A DNA stretch of 64,000 nt from Malacoraja senta (lineage: Eukaryota): the NCBI GenBank assembly GCA_038087875.1, contig CM075993.1, positions 5,954,001-6,018,000 of the forward strand. The letters are read 5' to 3'. A program made the position numbers and the translations under genes. This document shows positions 24,063 through 35,478 of the stretch, in pieces. The notes beneath the pieces were generated by a model. It was not told the origin of the DNA. It was given only the letters and a program-made list of their open reading frames with translations, and made no database searches. Position 1 is the stretch's first letter, and each line of letters begins with the position of its first letter.

Positions 24063-24460
24063 CAAAGATCCTAGAGCGAGCAAGATAGACCACTCGACGA
24101 AAAAGACGTAGTACGGTCATGGGCAGATTCATGGGTAATTTTCGGCCCCATTTCCGTAACCGTCTTCCGTCTCCGCACCAAAGATCCCGTCATAGCGGAG
24201 CAAAGATAACTAGTGCGGATACGGAAGCCGGTTAAGGAAACATCCTCATAGATATTGGTAAAAATCTTCTCCTCATTTTCTGAATTATAATTTATTAACA
24301 CAAACTGTTCCCCCGCAACGTTGATTACACTGCGGGTCGGGTCGGGTCGGGTTACTGAAATGGATGAAAAAAAGGCCCACGTTGCGCTCCGTTGCGTACT
24401 ACACGTCAGCCCATTGCATTTAGCAGGAGTGGTCTATCTTGCTCCGCTATAGGATCTTTG
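24063..24460. mobile_element. Non-autonomous DNA transposon with ~34-bp TIR and 8-bp TSD (P-like or hAT)
   Basis: CAAAGATCCTAGAGCGAGCAAGATAGACCACTC ... GAGTGGTCTATCTTGCTCCGCTATAGGATCTTTG; TSD GTCAGGGT at 24055-24062 and 24461-24468. Confidence 0.85.
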
Positions 24461-24804
24461 GTCAGGGTTGGCGGTGGAAGCAGATACGATAGTGATGTTG
24501 AAGAGTCAGTTAGACAGGTACATGGATGCACGGAATGGAGCGGTCTGGACCAGGTGGAGGCAGGTAGGATTAATGGGCACCATGGTCAGCACGGACGTCA
24601 AAGGCTGAAGGGCCTGATGCTGTGCTATCCCATTCTACGTGTGCCTCCCTCCCCTTCACTACGCCACTGTCTCCCATCCGGCCATATCCCACCACCTCTC
24701 ACTGTGTTTGCCCTGCTACCACTCTCTCTCTCCCCCCTCTCTAACCACCATTCCCCCTTCTCCCCTGCAACTCCCCTCGTGCTCTCCCCTCCACCCCTCC
24801 TCAC

Positions 24805-24991
24805 CTGCTTCGCAGTCAGCTGCTGAAAGTGGCAGGTTGGCAGGTAGGGCAGGAGGGGCTGGACGGAGGTGAGGAAGTGCGGGGGCCAGGAGCCCACCTG
24901 GCCGAAGGTGCTGTCCAGCAGCAGCCGCCTGGCGAAGGTCTTCTTCTGACTGGCCTTCATCTGGGGGATGTGGCTCCGGATGGCAGACAAG
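24805..24991 (-). CDS. STRC: STRC coding exon 8 (LSAIRSHIPQMKASQKKTFARRLL...QQLTAKQ)
   Basis: ccctgcag|C ... CAG|gtgagg; 187 nt, phase 2-0, open. Confidence 0.88.
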
Positions 24992-25189
24992 CTGCAGGGG
25001 GAGAGGCGCTGGTGAGACCTGCCTCCCCCCTCCCACACGCTTCACCCCCCTCCCACTGCTCCACCCCCTCACTCCCCCCCCCCACTGCATCACCTCCCCC
25101 TCACACCGCACCAACCCTCCCATCCTCCTCCTACCCCTCACCCCACCACCCCCCTCCCACCGTGTATTGTGGTGGTGGGTTTGTTGCGA

Positions 25190-25722
25190 ATAGACAATAG
25201 GTGCAGGAGTAGGCCATTCGGCCCTTCGAGCCAGCACCGCCATTCATTGTGATCCTGGCTGATCATCCACAATCAGTACCCCGTTCCTGCCTTCTCACCA
25301 TATCCCCTGACTCCGCTATCTTTAAGAGCTATAACTCTCTCTTGAAAGTATCCAGAGAACCGGCCTCCGCCGCCTTCTGAGACAGAGAATTCCACAGACT
25401 CACCACTCTCTGTGAGAAAAAGTGTTTCTCACCTCCGTTCTAAATCGCCAACCCTTTATTCTTAAACTGTGACCCCTGGTTCTGGACTCCCCCAACATCG
25501 GGAACATGTTTCTGCCTCTAGCGTGTCCAATCCCTTAATAATCCTATGTTTCAATAAGATCCCCTCTCGTCCTTCTAAATTCCAGAGTATACAAGCCCAG
25601 TCGCTCCATTCTTTCAACATATGACAGTCCCGCCACCCGGGAATTAACCTGGTGAACCTACGCTGCAGTCCCTCAATAGCAAGAATGGCCTTCCTCAGAT
25701 TTGGAGACCAAAACTGTACACA
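25190..25722 (-). mobile_element. CR1 LINE 3' fragment
   Basis: CVQFWSPNLRK...QRRFTRLIPG; tail at ~25190. Confidence 0.88.
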
Positions 25723-25901
25723 ATTGTGTACACAATAATTTGGTATTGTACATATCATTGTCCCTCCCACAGAGGGGGTGCCCGTTGCTGGTGTGGGTGG
25801 GCAGCCCTGCCGATGCCCAGCCGGCTGGCCGGAGAGCTCAGCAATGGCGGGGGGGGGGGGGGAGAGGGTAGAGTGTCCGAGGCTCGGCTGGCGGAACTCA
25901 C

Positions 25902-26067
25902 ACGCTGTCGTTCAGAAGCAGCGAGACCGGCAGACCCAGGATGTGGGAATCGGTCATGAAGGGGATGAATTGCGACAGGTCCACGAACAGGTCGGGGGTG
26001 AGCCGGGAAACCTGTGTAGAAAGGAGGCGGTGAGAGTCTCCAGCGCAGGCTCATCTCTCTGGGAAAC
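25902..26067 (-). CDS. STRC: STRC coding exon 7 (VSQRDEPALETLTASFLHRFP[R]LTPDLFVDLSQFIPFMT...); 1 nt short
   Basis: cactccag|GTT ... GT|gtgagt; 166 nt. One extra C in TTTCCC(C)GG restores the frame and phase 2. Confidence 0.83.
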
Positions 26068-26173
26068 CTGGAGTGGGGGGGGGGGGGGGGAGGAAAAATC
26101 ACCCTGGTCAAGTTCAGGTCACCAGTCTTTAATGGTCACACACACACCAGCAATGTAACAGTGAAATTCTTTC

Positions 26174-26438
26174 AGGGCCTGTCCCACTTGGGTGTCATTT
26201 GCGCGTCACGCAGATGGCGCGCGAAGATTTTGTACATCCCAAAACCCCTGGGGCTCCGCGCGCAACCGCGAGTCACTGCCTATGTCACCGCGCACCATGC
26301 GCGCGGCAATGATGCGTAACGTGACGCGTAAATGATGACGCGTAAATTACGCGCAAATGACGCCCACGTGGGACAGGCCCTTTAAGGGCCTGTCCCACGT
26401 GGGCGTCATTTGCGCGGAATTTACGCATCATCATTTAC
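26174..26438. mobile_element. PIF/Harbinger-type MITE (26174-26381) plus abutting partial copy (26385-26438)
   Basis: Same TIR; CpG-rich ACGCG/TGACG body. Confidence 0.8.
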
Positions 26439-26590
26439 TTGCTACGCCATAACAGACCTATTTATGCAATTGTACACGTGCATGATTTGTGTTTTTATAA
26501 AATAAAGCGCTTGTTTCTTTAAAACCAAAAGCTCAACTTACGCGCTCATATTTTTGGAATAATGCGCTCTAATTTACTGCCGACAATTTA

Positions 26591-26927
26591 AGGGCCTGTC
26601 CCACTGCACGAGGTAATTCACGAGTTCTCCCGAGTTCTCCCCTGAGTCGAGCTCGTGTAATGTACGTGGCGGGTCCGTAGGATCTCGCGGATGTCACGAA
26701 GCGGCTCGTACGAGTAACGGTAGGTACGCGGGAAATCCGGTAAACTCGGGACCTTTTTTCAACACTGTGAAAAATGTCCACGAGTACAAAAAATACTCGT
26801 GATGAAAAAGATGGTTACTTTTTACTCGTACGAGCCGCTAAGTACCCGCTACGTACATTACACGAGATCGAATCAGGGGAGAACTCGGGAGAACTCGTGA
26901 ATGGCCTCGTACAGTGGGACAGGCCCT
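26591..26927. mobile_element. PIF/Harbinger-type MITE
   Basis: Same TIR; TTA TSD; related to 21725-22032. Confidence 0.85.
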
Positions 26928-26976
26928 TTAATCACGTATAGGTTTAATTTCCGTGTTTTTGAAATACATGCTCATA

Positions 26977-27243
26977 GGGGCAGCATGGTGGCGCAGCACC
27001 AGAGTCCGGGGTTCGATCCTGACTACGGGTGCTGTCTGTATGGAGTTTGTTTGTCCTCCTTGTGACCGCGTGGGTTTTCTCCGGGTGCTCCAGTTACTTC
27101 CCACACCCTAATGACGTACAGGTTTGCAGGTTAATTGGCTTCGTTAAATTGTAAAATTGTCCCTAGTTTGTGTAGGTTAGTGATCACTGGTCGGCAGGGA
27201 CTCGGTGGGCCGAATGGCCTGTTTCCATGCTGTATCTGTAAGC
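26977..27243 (+). mobile_element. tRNA-derived SINE
   Basis: Same family. Confidence 0.8.
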
Positions 27244-27302
27244 TCGAAATAGATGTCGGAAGGAACTGCAGATGCTGGTTTACATCGAAGATGCTGGAGT
27301 AA

Positions 27303-27869
27303 TGCTCCTGTCCCACTTAGGAAACCTGAACGGAAACCTCTGGAGACTTTGCGCCCCACCCAAGGTTTCCGTGCGGTTCCCGGAGGTTCCAGAAGGTTTT
27401 TGTCAGTCTCCCTAATGGTCGAAGGTGGTTTCCGCTTCTTCTATGTTCCAGCGATTATTTCAAAAAATTCAAAACCGGCCGCGACTAAAAATAGGTTGCC
27501 GTTTTAAAAATCGGTAATTTTTTAGTCGAAGCCGGTTGCGATGCTAGTTGAAGGTGGTTGCCGGAGGTTGCAGGTGGTTGCCGGAGGTTGCAGGTAGTGG
27601 AAGGTCTGACCTTCCACTACCTGCAACCTCCGGCAACCACCTTCAACTAGCATTGCAACCGGCTTCGGCTAAAAAATTACAGATTTTTAAAACGGCAACC
27701 TATTTTTAGTCGCGGCCGGTTTTGACTTTTTTGAAATAGTCGACGGAACATAGAAGAAGCGGAAACCACCTTCGACCATTAGGGAGACTGACAAAAACCT
27801 CCGGGAACCGCACGGAAACCTTGGGTGGGGCGCAAATTCTCCAGAGGTTTCCTAAGTGGGACAGGGGCA
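27303..27869. mobile_element. Fold-back MITE, Harbinger-type with variant terminus
   Basis: TGCTCCTGTCCCACTTAGG / CCTAAGTGGGACAGGGGCA; TAA TSD inside GGAG-TAA-CTCAGC; almost entirely palindromic. Confidence 0.85.
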
Positions 27870-28082
27870 TAACTCAGCGGGACAGGCAGCATCTCTGGAG
27901 AGAAGGAATGGGTGGCGTTTCGGGTCGAGACCCTTCTTCAGACTGAAACGTCACCCATTCCTTTTCCCCAGCGATGCTGCCTGTCCCGCGGAGTTACTCC
28001 AGCAGTTTGCGTCCACCAACTCTAAATGAATGACAACACGGTGCCCACTCAGGTCACCATCACACACCTGATCAATGCCCAC

Positions 28083-28193
28083 CTGAAGTTGCCGCCACCT
28101 CCTGTGCACGTGTGACAGCAGTTTCATGACGGCGTCGCTTTCTGCCGACATCAGCAGCTTCCGAAAATTCTCCTGGGGCATCAGCAGGTACTC
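28083..28193 (-). CDS. STRC: STRC coding exon 6 (EYLLMPQENFRKLLMSAESDAVMKLLSHVHRRWRQLQ)
   Basis: tcccaag|GAG ... CAG|gtgggc, 111 nt. An alternative in-frame donor would end the exon at 28068. Confidence 0.85.
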
Positions 28194-29060
28194 CTTGGGA
28201 ACAAGAACAACTCGAGGAGAGTCCATCCTCGCTACGGTAGCCGAACGCGCGGTTCCCACGCGCACGGTGCCCGGGATTGGAGGGGATTGGCCGCAAGGAC
28301 AGTTAAGGCGAACTTGGGTGGTTTAGCTGGGACATGTTGGCCGGCGTGGGCAAGTTGGGCCGAAGGGCCTGTTTCCACACTGTATCACTCTGACTCTAGT
28401 ACTCTTATTGCTGGAGCGCCCGTGGTTGAGGGGAGACCTCACAGAAGTATCTAAAATTACGAGGGAGCATTGATAGGGTAGACAGTCACAACCTTTATCC
28501 CATTGTGCTTCAAGGTGAGCGGGGCAAAGTTTAAAGGAGATGCATGCGGCAAGTTTTTTTTTATACACAGAGCTGTGGGCAAGTGGAAAACGCCGCCAGG
28601 GATGATGGTGGAGGCAGATACATCGTGGGATTTAAGTGGCTTTTTAGATAGGGACATGGATATACAGGGAATGGAAGGATATGGATTGCTTGTCGGTAGA
28701 GTACTTTTGGGTCAGGTCGGAGAGGAGTTCTCCCCCGCCACGGGTACCATGTAATCATGTACCATCGTGAAAACCCACACAGGTCACGGGGAGGACGTAC
28801 AAACTCCGTACAGACAGCACCCGTAGTCGGGATCGACCCGGGTCCCCGGCGCTTCATTCGCTGCAAGGCAGCAACTCTACAGCTGCGCCACCGCGACTGC
28901 CCGTACACTTAATGTGGGAAAGGGATCAAGAGTTTGACAAACGTGAAGGCTTACTGTGAACAAACCAGATTTGTCCCACATTGCCGCCCTGAGCACTAAA
29001 GCACTTCGAGATTTCCAAGATCTGAACGAAATATTTGTCTTTTAAGAAATATCTAGGTAC

Positions 29061-29122
29061 CTGAAAAAGAACCTGCAGAATTGGAGAATCATCCTCATTC
29101 TCTAGCAGATCCAGAGCAATGG
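29061..29122 (-). CDS. STRC: STRC coding exon 5 (PLLW[D]LLENEDDSPILQVLFQ); 1 nt short
   Basis: ctcctcag| ... CAG|gtacct; 62 nt. Adding one G in TGG(G)AT restores a 63-nt phase-0 exon. Confidence 0.82.
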
Positions 29123-29464
29123 CTGAGGAGACAAAGAGGGCGAGGTTATTTCAGTGCTTCTTAGAGAAACATGATAGACACTATCCAACACTATTTGTGG
29201 GTATTTGCTGTGTGCTAATGGTATGACATTTCCCATACTACAAGTGCTACACTTCAAGAAAATTTCACTGACTGCCAGAGGCAATGGGAAAATATAAAAA
29301 AGTGCTATAGCCATGCGAGATTTATATGGCAGACAATTCCAATTTACCTACAAAGGCAACAGCACAGAAATATTAATAAAGGTGCTAAACTAGTCTAAAC
29401 TAGTCTGATATTAATTTAGTTTAGAGATACTATGGAAACAGGCCCTTCAGCCCACAGAGTCCAC

Positions 29465-29855
29465 AATAGACAATAGACAATAGGTGCAGGAGTAGGCCAT
29501 TCGGCCCTTCGAGCCAGCACCACCATTCAATGTGATCATGGCTGATCATCCCCAATCAGTACCCCGTTCCTGCCTTCTCCCCATATCCACTGGTTCCGCT
29601 ATTTTTAAGAGCGCTATCTAGCTCTCTCTTGAAAACATCGAGAGAACCCGCCTCCACCACCCTCTGAGGCAGAGAATTCACAGACCTCACCACTCTCTGT
29701 GAGAAAAAGTGTTTCCTCGTCTCCGTTCTAAATGGCTTACTCCTTATTCTTAAACTGTGGCCCTGGTTCTGGACTCCCCCAACATCGGGAACATGTTTCC
29801 TGCCCTCTAGCGTGTCCAAGCCTTAACAATCTTATGTGTTTCAATGAGATCCCCT
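29465..29855 (-). mobile_element. CR1 LINE 3' fragment
   Basis: Same young subfamily, with several 1-bp indels. Confidence 0.88.
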
Positions 29856-30318
29856 CTCTCTCTCTCTCTCTCACCCCAACCATCATTCAGCCACTCAAAT
29901 TTGTTCAACGTCATCCCACTTTCTCATCCACTCCCTACACACTAGGGGCAATTTACGGAGGCCGACAGACTGACAAGCCCGCACGTCTTTGGGACGTGGG
30001 AGGAAACGAGCGCCCGGAGGAAACCCACACGGCCACAGGGAGGAGGTGCAACTCCACACAGAGGCAGACAGCGCCCGAGGTCGGGATTGAACCCGGGTCT
30101 CTAGTGGTGTGAGGCCGCAGCTCTACTCTCTGGACCACTCCGACGTATCCCAAACTCCACCTTGCAGCAAGAAATTAAAACCCTTTATTCCAACAATATT
30201 TCTTTGCCATTTTCTGTGTCCCTGACAATAATAAACCAAACTAATCCTTCGACTTAAAGCACAGTGGTTGAAGGGGAGATTAAACGATGGAGGTCACTAC
30301 TTGGACACCAATGCTTAC

Positions 30319-32101
30319 ACTGAAGCAATTGAGAAGGTCCTTCTTGAGGACTGAGCTGGTCTCCCTCTCTCAGGTAGGTGTCTCAGTTTGTAGGATGCTG
30401 GATTGATGCGTTGGGGTTGGAGGTGGTCCAGAAGGAAGAGTTGTCCAGCAAGCTGGAGAGGAGAAGGGCTTCGCTCAGGGCCTCTTGGACCTCCTGGCTC
30501 GGTGTGACCGAGGCCGGGGGGGCCCAGGAGGTGGTGGAAGACTTGGAGAATGTAGTTGGCGCCGGAGATCCAACCAAAGGCCCGGTCGTCGCACCGGTTG
30601 AAACTGATCCAGGAGGTCCTTCAGGAAAGCCGCTGGGTTTTCGCACAGTTGGCTGGTGTTGACGCTCAAGGGGGCAGGGAACAGGTGGAGCAGACGGCGG
30701 GCGAAACACTCGGGGGCGGGCAGTCATCCACCACCCACGGGTGATGCCGAGAGATAGAATTGTACAGGGAGGCGTTTCGGCAAACTGCCTCCGCCAAGCC
30801 TTGGGCGTCCTGGTCTCGGCAGCTCTCCAATAGATCTCCATCCAAGACATGTCGTGGACCAGAGCTGTAGTTGCACACATGGGTCCCTGTCCTGTCCGGG
30901 TAGGTCCACCCCCATCGCCCTGCTGGCTTGGAGAAGCTGGCTGCAGAAACCGGCAGCCCAAGACCACCTCCTATCGATGCAGAGCCCCAGGGAGCTGACC
31001 CGTGACATTGCCAAGGATGGAGTGTTGCAAATCCCCGCCCGTCAAGTGGGCGTCTCCAACAGGTGGGTGCAGCCTTGGGGCACACTGGCCATCTTCTCCA
31101 GGGCAGGGGACAGCCATGCACAGAGGAACCACCAGCCAGGCGCTCTGGTGGTGGAGCTGGAGTTGGAGTTGGAGTTGGTGCAGAGTTGCTGGAGGTACCA
31201 GGAGATGCACTGGTCAGCATTGGCCAGAGAGGTCCACGTCTCCAGCAGTCGCTCGCAGTCGCCGCCCGCAGCCCCACCCTGACCAGTTGTCCCACCAACA
31301 CCGCACAGGTGACCAGCCCATGTCCTGTCGACGTCCAGAAGGTCCAGCTGGGAGCAGAAGTGGCGGATGGCTTCCATGCCGACGGGCAGCCGGCTCTTGG
31401 CTCCCTCCACCCCCCCGAACCCATGGCAAAGGTCCATCATGAAGTCGTGCTGAGCCAGCAAGGTCTGGTTGGAGCAGAGGGGCCGGAGAGCCGAGGGGAG
31501 GCAGCGCAGGGGGTAGTCAGGGTGGCTGACCGGCAGCTCGGTGCAGGGGTCAGGGTTGGGGGTGGTGGTTTGCAGACCCGAGCACAGCGGGACCAGCCAG
31601 GCCCGGCCGGGGTCCCGGGACCCCACGCCGCACGCGTTGGAGGCAAACTCGGCCGGGTAGAAGCGCCTGCACACCTGCGCCCAGTACAGGTCCTGGTCGG
31701 CCGCCGACAGGTACCAGGCGGCGTCGGAGCAGGTGGAGTGGAGGTCGGGGGGAGGTCGGCCCGAGTCGTCGCTGCCGTTGAAGAGGTTGCAGTAGAGGTA
31801 GACGGTGAAGTTGGAGACACCGGGCAGCCCGGGAGCGGAGTGGCTGCAAACATCGTCCACGCTGGGAGAGCCATCCTCGCCCTCCGCCTCCGCCTCCACC
31901 TCCACCTCCACCTCGCCCGGGTCCAAGTCAGAGTCAGAGTCCTCCTCGGACGTCCAGGAGCCCCGGCGCCTTCGCCCCTTCCTCGGTGGAGCCCAGGACC
32001 CGTCTCCCCGCCGACAGGAGAGAAAAGGCGTCCCCCTCCAAACCTCCGAGGAGCCGAAGCCCAGGTTGGCCGCGTCCCAGGAGATGTTGTTCTTGACGCC
32101 C
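30319..32101 (-). CDS. STRC: STRC coding exon 4 (large, Cys-rich); reading frame broken by several indels in its 3' ~750 nt
   Basis: Acceptor gtgcag|G GGC GTC AAG AAC AAC ATC TCC TGG. Open to ~31045, then STRC-like peptides jump between frames (CNYSS, EAVCRNASLY, FLKDLLDQF, EALLLSSLLDNSSFW, VLKKDLLNCFS|gtaagc). Confidence 0.85.
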
Positions 32102-32424
32102 CTGCACACGAGAGAAGGAGTTCAAGTTCAAGTTCAAGAGAGTTTATTGTCATGTGTCCCAGATAGGACAATGTCAAGTCAAGTCAAGTCAAGTCACATT
32201 TATTTATATAGCACATTTAAAAAACAACTCTCGTTGGCCAAAGTGCTTTACATTTGTTATAAGAATAGCATAAACAAAACAAACTACATACATATATACA
32301 TGTAGCCCTCACTCAGAGGACGTCAGGAAAGGCTTGGGAGTATAGATACGTTTTTAGTCTTGACTTAAAAGAGTCGATGGAGGGGGCAGTTCTGATGGGA
32401 AAGGGGATGCTGTTCCACAGTCTA

Positions 32425-32850
32425 TGAAGTTCTTGCTTTGCTTCAGCACAACAGAATATAGTAGGCATAAATACAGAACAGATCAGTGTGTCCATACACC
32501 ATTGTATAAATATATACACACATGAATAAATAAAACAGATAAAGTGCAAATAAACAGATAATGGGCTATTAATGTTCAGAATTTTGTTTGAGTTGAGTTT
32601 AATAGTCTGATGGCTGTGGGGAAGTAGCTATTCCTGAACCTGGACGTTGCAGTCTTCAGGCTCCTGTACCTTCTACCTGAAGGTAGCGGGGAGATGAGTG
32701 TGTGGCCAGGATGGTGTGGGTCCTTGATGATGCTGCCAGCCTTTTTGAGGCAGCGACTGTGATAGATCCCCTCGATGGAAGGGAGGTCAGAGCCGATGAT
32801 GGACTGGGCAGTGTTTACTACTTTCTGTAGTCTTTTCCTCTCCTGGGCGT
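32425..32850 (-). mobile_element. Rex1/Babar-like LINE 3' fragment (related pieces at 15660-16045 + and 10700-10830 +)
   Basis: LQKVVNTAQSIIG...IIKDPHHPGH...LPSGRRYRSL...RFRNSYFPTAIRLLN. Confidence 0.8.
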
Positions 32851-33069
32851 GAGAAACACCAACTTTAAGTGTCACAGTGTGGAAACAGGCTCTGCAGCCC
32901 ACCCCGAGTCCACCCCGACAATCAACCACCCTAGTTGTCCCACTGTCTCATCCACTCCCGACACACTAAGGGGCAATTTACAGAGAGGTTCAATTAACCT
33001 GTACGCCCGCACGTCACTGGGATGTGGGGAGGAAACCAGAGCACCTGGAGGAAACAGCAGCATGCCGGA

Positions 33070-33350
33070 AAATCAAAGGTAGACAAAAACGCTGGAGAAA
33101 CTCAGCTGGTGAGGCAGCATCTATGTTCGGAGAGAGGAGGAGAACCTCTTCAAAGTAGGCATACCTTGAGGAGATTTCGCAGTGGAGTAGACAAAATCTT
33201 TAAGAAGGAACTGCAGATGCTGGAAAAATCGAAACCTTCGATTTTCGAAAGTATTCGAAATCGAAAGCAGAGATGCTGCCTCACCCGCTGAGTTTCTCCA
33301 GCACTTTTGTCTACCTTCGATTTTCCAGCATCTGCAGTTCCTTCTTAAAC
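33070..33350. mobile_element. Compound palindromic Penelope-like repeat
   Basis: Inverted arms with a rearranged centre. Confidence 0.7.
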
Positions 33351-33722
33351 ACCATGGGGAAACTCACGGCGGTCACCGGGAGAACATGCAAACTCCACAC
33401 AGACAGTACCCAAAGTCAATATCAAACCTGGCGCTATGAGGCGGCAGATCTACCTGCTCTTCCGTTGTGCCATCTTCCTCTCCACCAAGCCTATACTGAG
33501 TTGGCATTCTTAACTATTTGACTGCATTTGGCCCATAGACCTCTAAACCATTCCTATCCACATATCTAGCCAAATAGCTTTAAAAGTCACAATTGTATTA
33601 GCTTCTATAGGTTTATTGACCAGCACATTCTAGATACAGAATAGCCTCTGAATTAGAAGTTGCCCTCGGGGTCCCTCAAATCTCTCCCCTTTCATCCTAA
33701 GACGATGCCCTCTAGTTTTAGA

Positions 33723-33841
33723 TAGACAAAAATGCTGGAGAAACTCAGCGGGTGAGGCAGCATCTCTGCTTTCGATTTCGAATACTTTCGAAAATCTAAG
33801 GTTTCGATTTTTCCAGCATCTGCAGTTCCTTCTTAAAACTA
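33723..33841. mobile_element. Penelope-like insert, inverted copy of ~33200-33313
   Basis: 15-bp TSD CCCTCTAGTTTTAGA at 33708-33722 and 33842-33856. Confidence 0.75.
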
Positions 33842-33945
33842 CCCTCTAGTTTTAGAATTGTCCACCCTCGACAAAAGACTGTAAGCATTCAGTTTATCCG
33901 TGCTCCTCGTGATCTTGAACATCTCAGTAAGGTTTCCCCCTCAGC

Positions 33946-34132
33946 CAGGGCCGGATTTAGATGAAGAGAGGCCCTGGGCTATTCCACTTGTGAGGCCCCT
34001 CCCAATCCCCTATGTAAGGCCCTTCCCAATCAGCCTATGAAGCCTATAGGTAAATCCGGCCCTGCCGAGGCCCCCCTAGATATCGAGGCCCTAAGCTTAA
34101 GCTTGTAAAGCTTGTACGTAAATCCGGCCCTG
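33946..34132. mobile_element. hAT-type MITE
   Basis: TIR CAGGGCCGGATTTA/TAAATCCGGCCCTG; 8-bp TSD CCCTCAGC; extra internal copy of the right TIR at 34051-34064. Confidence 0.88.
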
Positions 34133-34689
34133 CCCTCAGCCTCCTACGCTCCAAAGTCCCAGCCTGTGCAACTAGGTGGAGTCTCTTGGAGACCCATAGA
34201 ACCTCAGTTGCTGGAACCTTGAGTAAAGGGGAAAGGGGTGTGAAGTGACTGGTGTGGTGGGATCGAGTAGGAGATGGCAAAATGTTGAAGAAGGATGTGC
34301 TGGCTTCAGAGACTAGTGGGGTGAAGCTAAGGGAACTCGACCAATGTTCTGTCTGGTTTGTAGGTGGGGTGACTGTAATAATGAATGATGGGTGGTGAAT
34401 CTGTGGAATTCATTGCTACAGAAGACTGTGGAGGCCAAGCCAATGGATATTTTTTAAAGCAGAGATAGATAGATTCTTGATTAGTACGGGTGTCAGGAGT
34501 TATGGGGAGAAGGCAGGAGAGGGAAATATATAGATCAGTGGTGATTGAGACTTAATCAGCTACGGAGTAGACAATGGGCCGAATGGCCTAATTCTGCTCC
34601 TAGGGATATGAGGGATATAGGGACATATAGGGGCTGGGCTTGGTCAAGCACAGTGGGGGTGGAGGGCTGCCGGCCCCAGAGGTCAAAAA

Positions 34690-35478
34690 TATACTCTCAC
34701 TATCGACGGCACCACTGTCTCCCCATCTCCTCAGGCACGCAACCTTGGCGTGATCCTTGACTCAACCCTCTCCCTTGAGCCTCACATCCGCCATGTTGTC
34801 AAAACATCATTTTTTCACCTCCGCAACATTGCCAAAATCAGATCGTCTCTCACACCCCCCGCTGCTGAAAGACTCATCCATGCCTTCATCTCCTCCCGAC
34901 TGGACTACTGTAACTCTCTTCTTTTCGGAAACAATTCCAGCAACATCAACCGACTCCAACTGGTCCAAAATGCAGCCGCTCGACTCATTACCCACACCAA
35001 ATCCTGGCACCACATCACCCCAGTTCTCAAAGAACTTCACTGACTTCCCATTTCCCACCGGATCACCTACAAAATCCTGGTCCTCACCTACAAAGCCCTC
35101 AACAACCTGGCCCCCCCTTATCTCATTGACCTCCTCTCCCCCTACCAACCCTCACGGTCCCTCAGATCCACATCAGCTGGTCTCCTCTCCACTCCGAAAT
35201 CAAACCTCTGCACTTTTGGAGGCAGAGCCTTCTCCAGGGCAGCTCCCATGCTCTGGAATTCCCTCCCACAACCGGTCCGAAATTCTGAGTCCCTCACCAT
35301 CTTCCAGTCCCGCCTCAAGACCCATCTCTTCACCTCTGCATACCCTTAGTCCCATGTTCCCCTCCCCTCTGTCTTACTGCTCTATTTTGTTTTGTTTATT
35401 CCTGACTCTCAATTGTAAAGCGACTTTGAGTCCTGAAAAGCGCTATATAAATAAAATCTATTATTATTATTATTATAT
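34690..35478 (+). mobile_element. L2 LINE 3' fragment
   Basis: RNLGVILDSTLS...HAFISSRLDYCNSL...LQLVQNAAAR...HITPVL; AATAAA and (TAT)n tail. Confidence 0.9.

Noticed and set aside
27303..27869. CRISPR-like or prokaryotic repeat array
   Set aside because: Eukaryotic context; this is a fold-back MITE with no regular repeat-spacer structure.
31063..32305. Long ORFs of 367, 246 and 166 aa overlapping STRC exon 4
   Set aside because: Antisense or off-frame shadows of a GC-rich coding exon; no recognisable domains.
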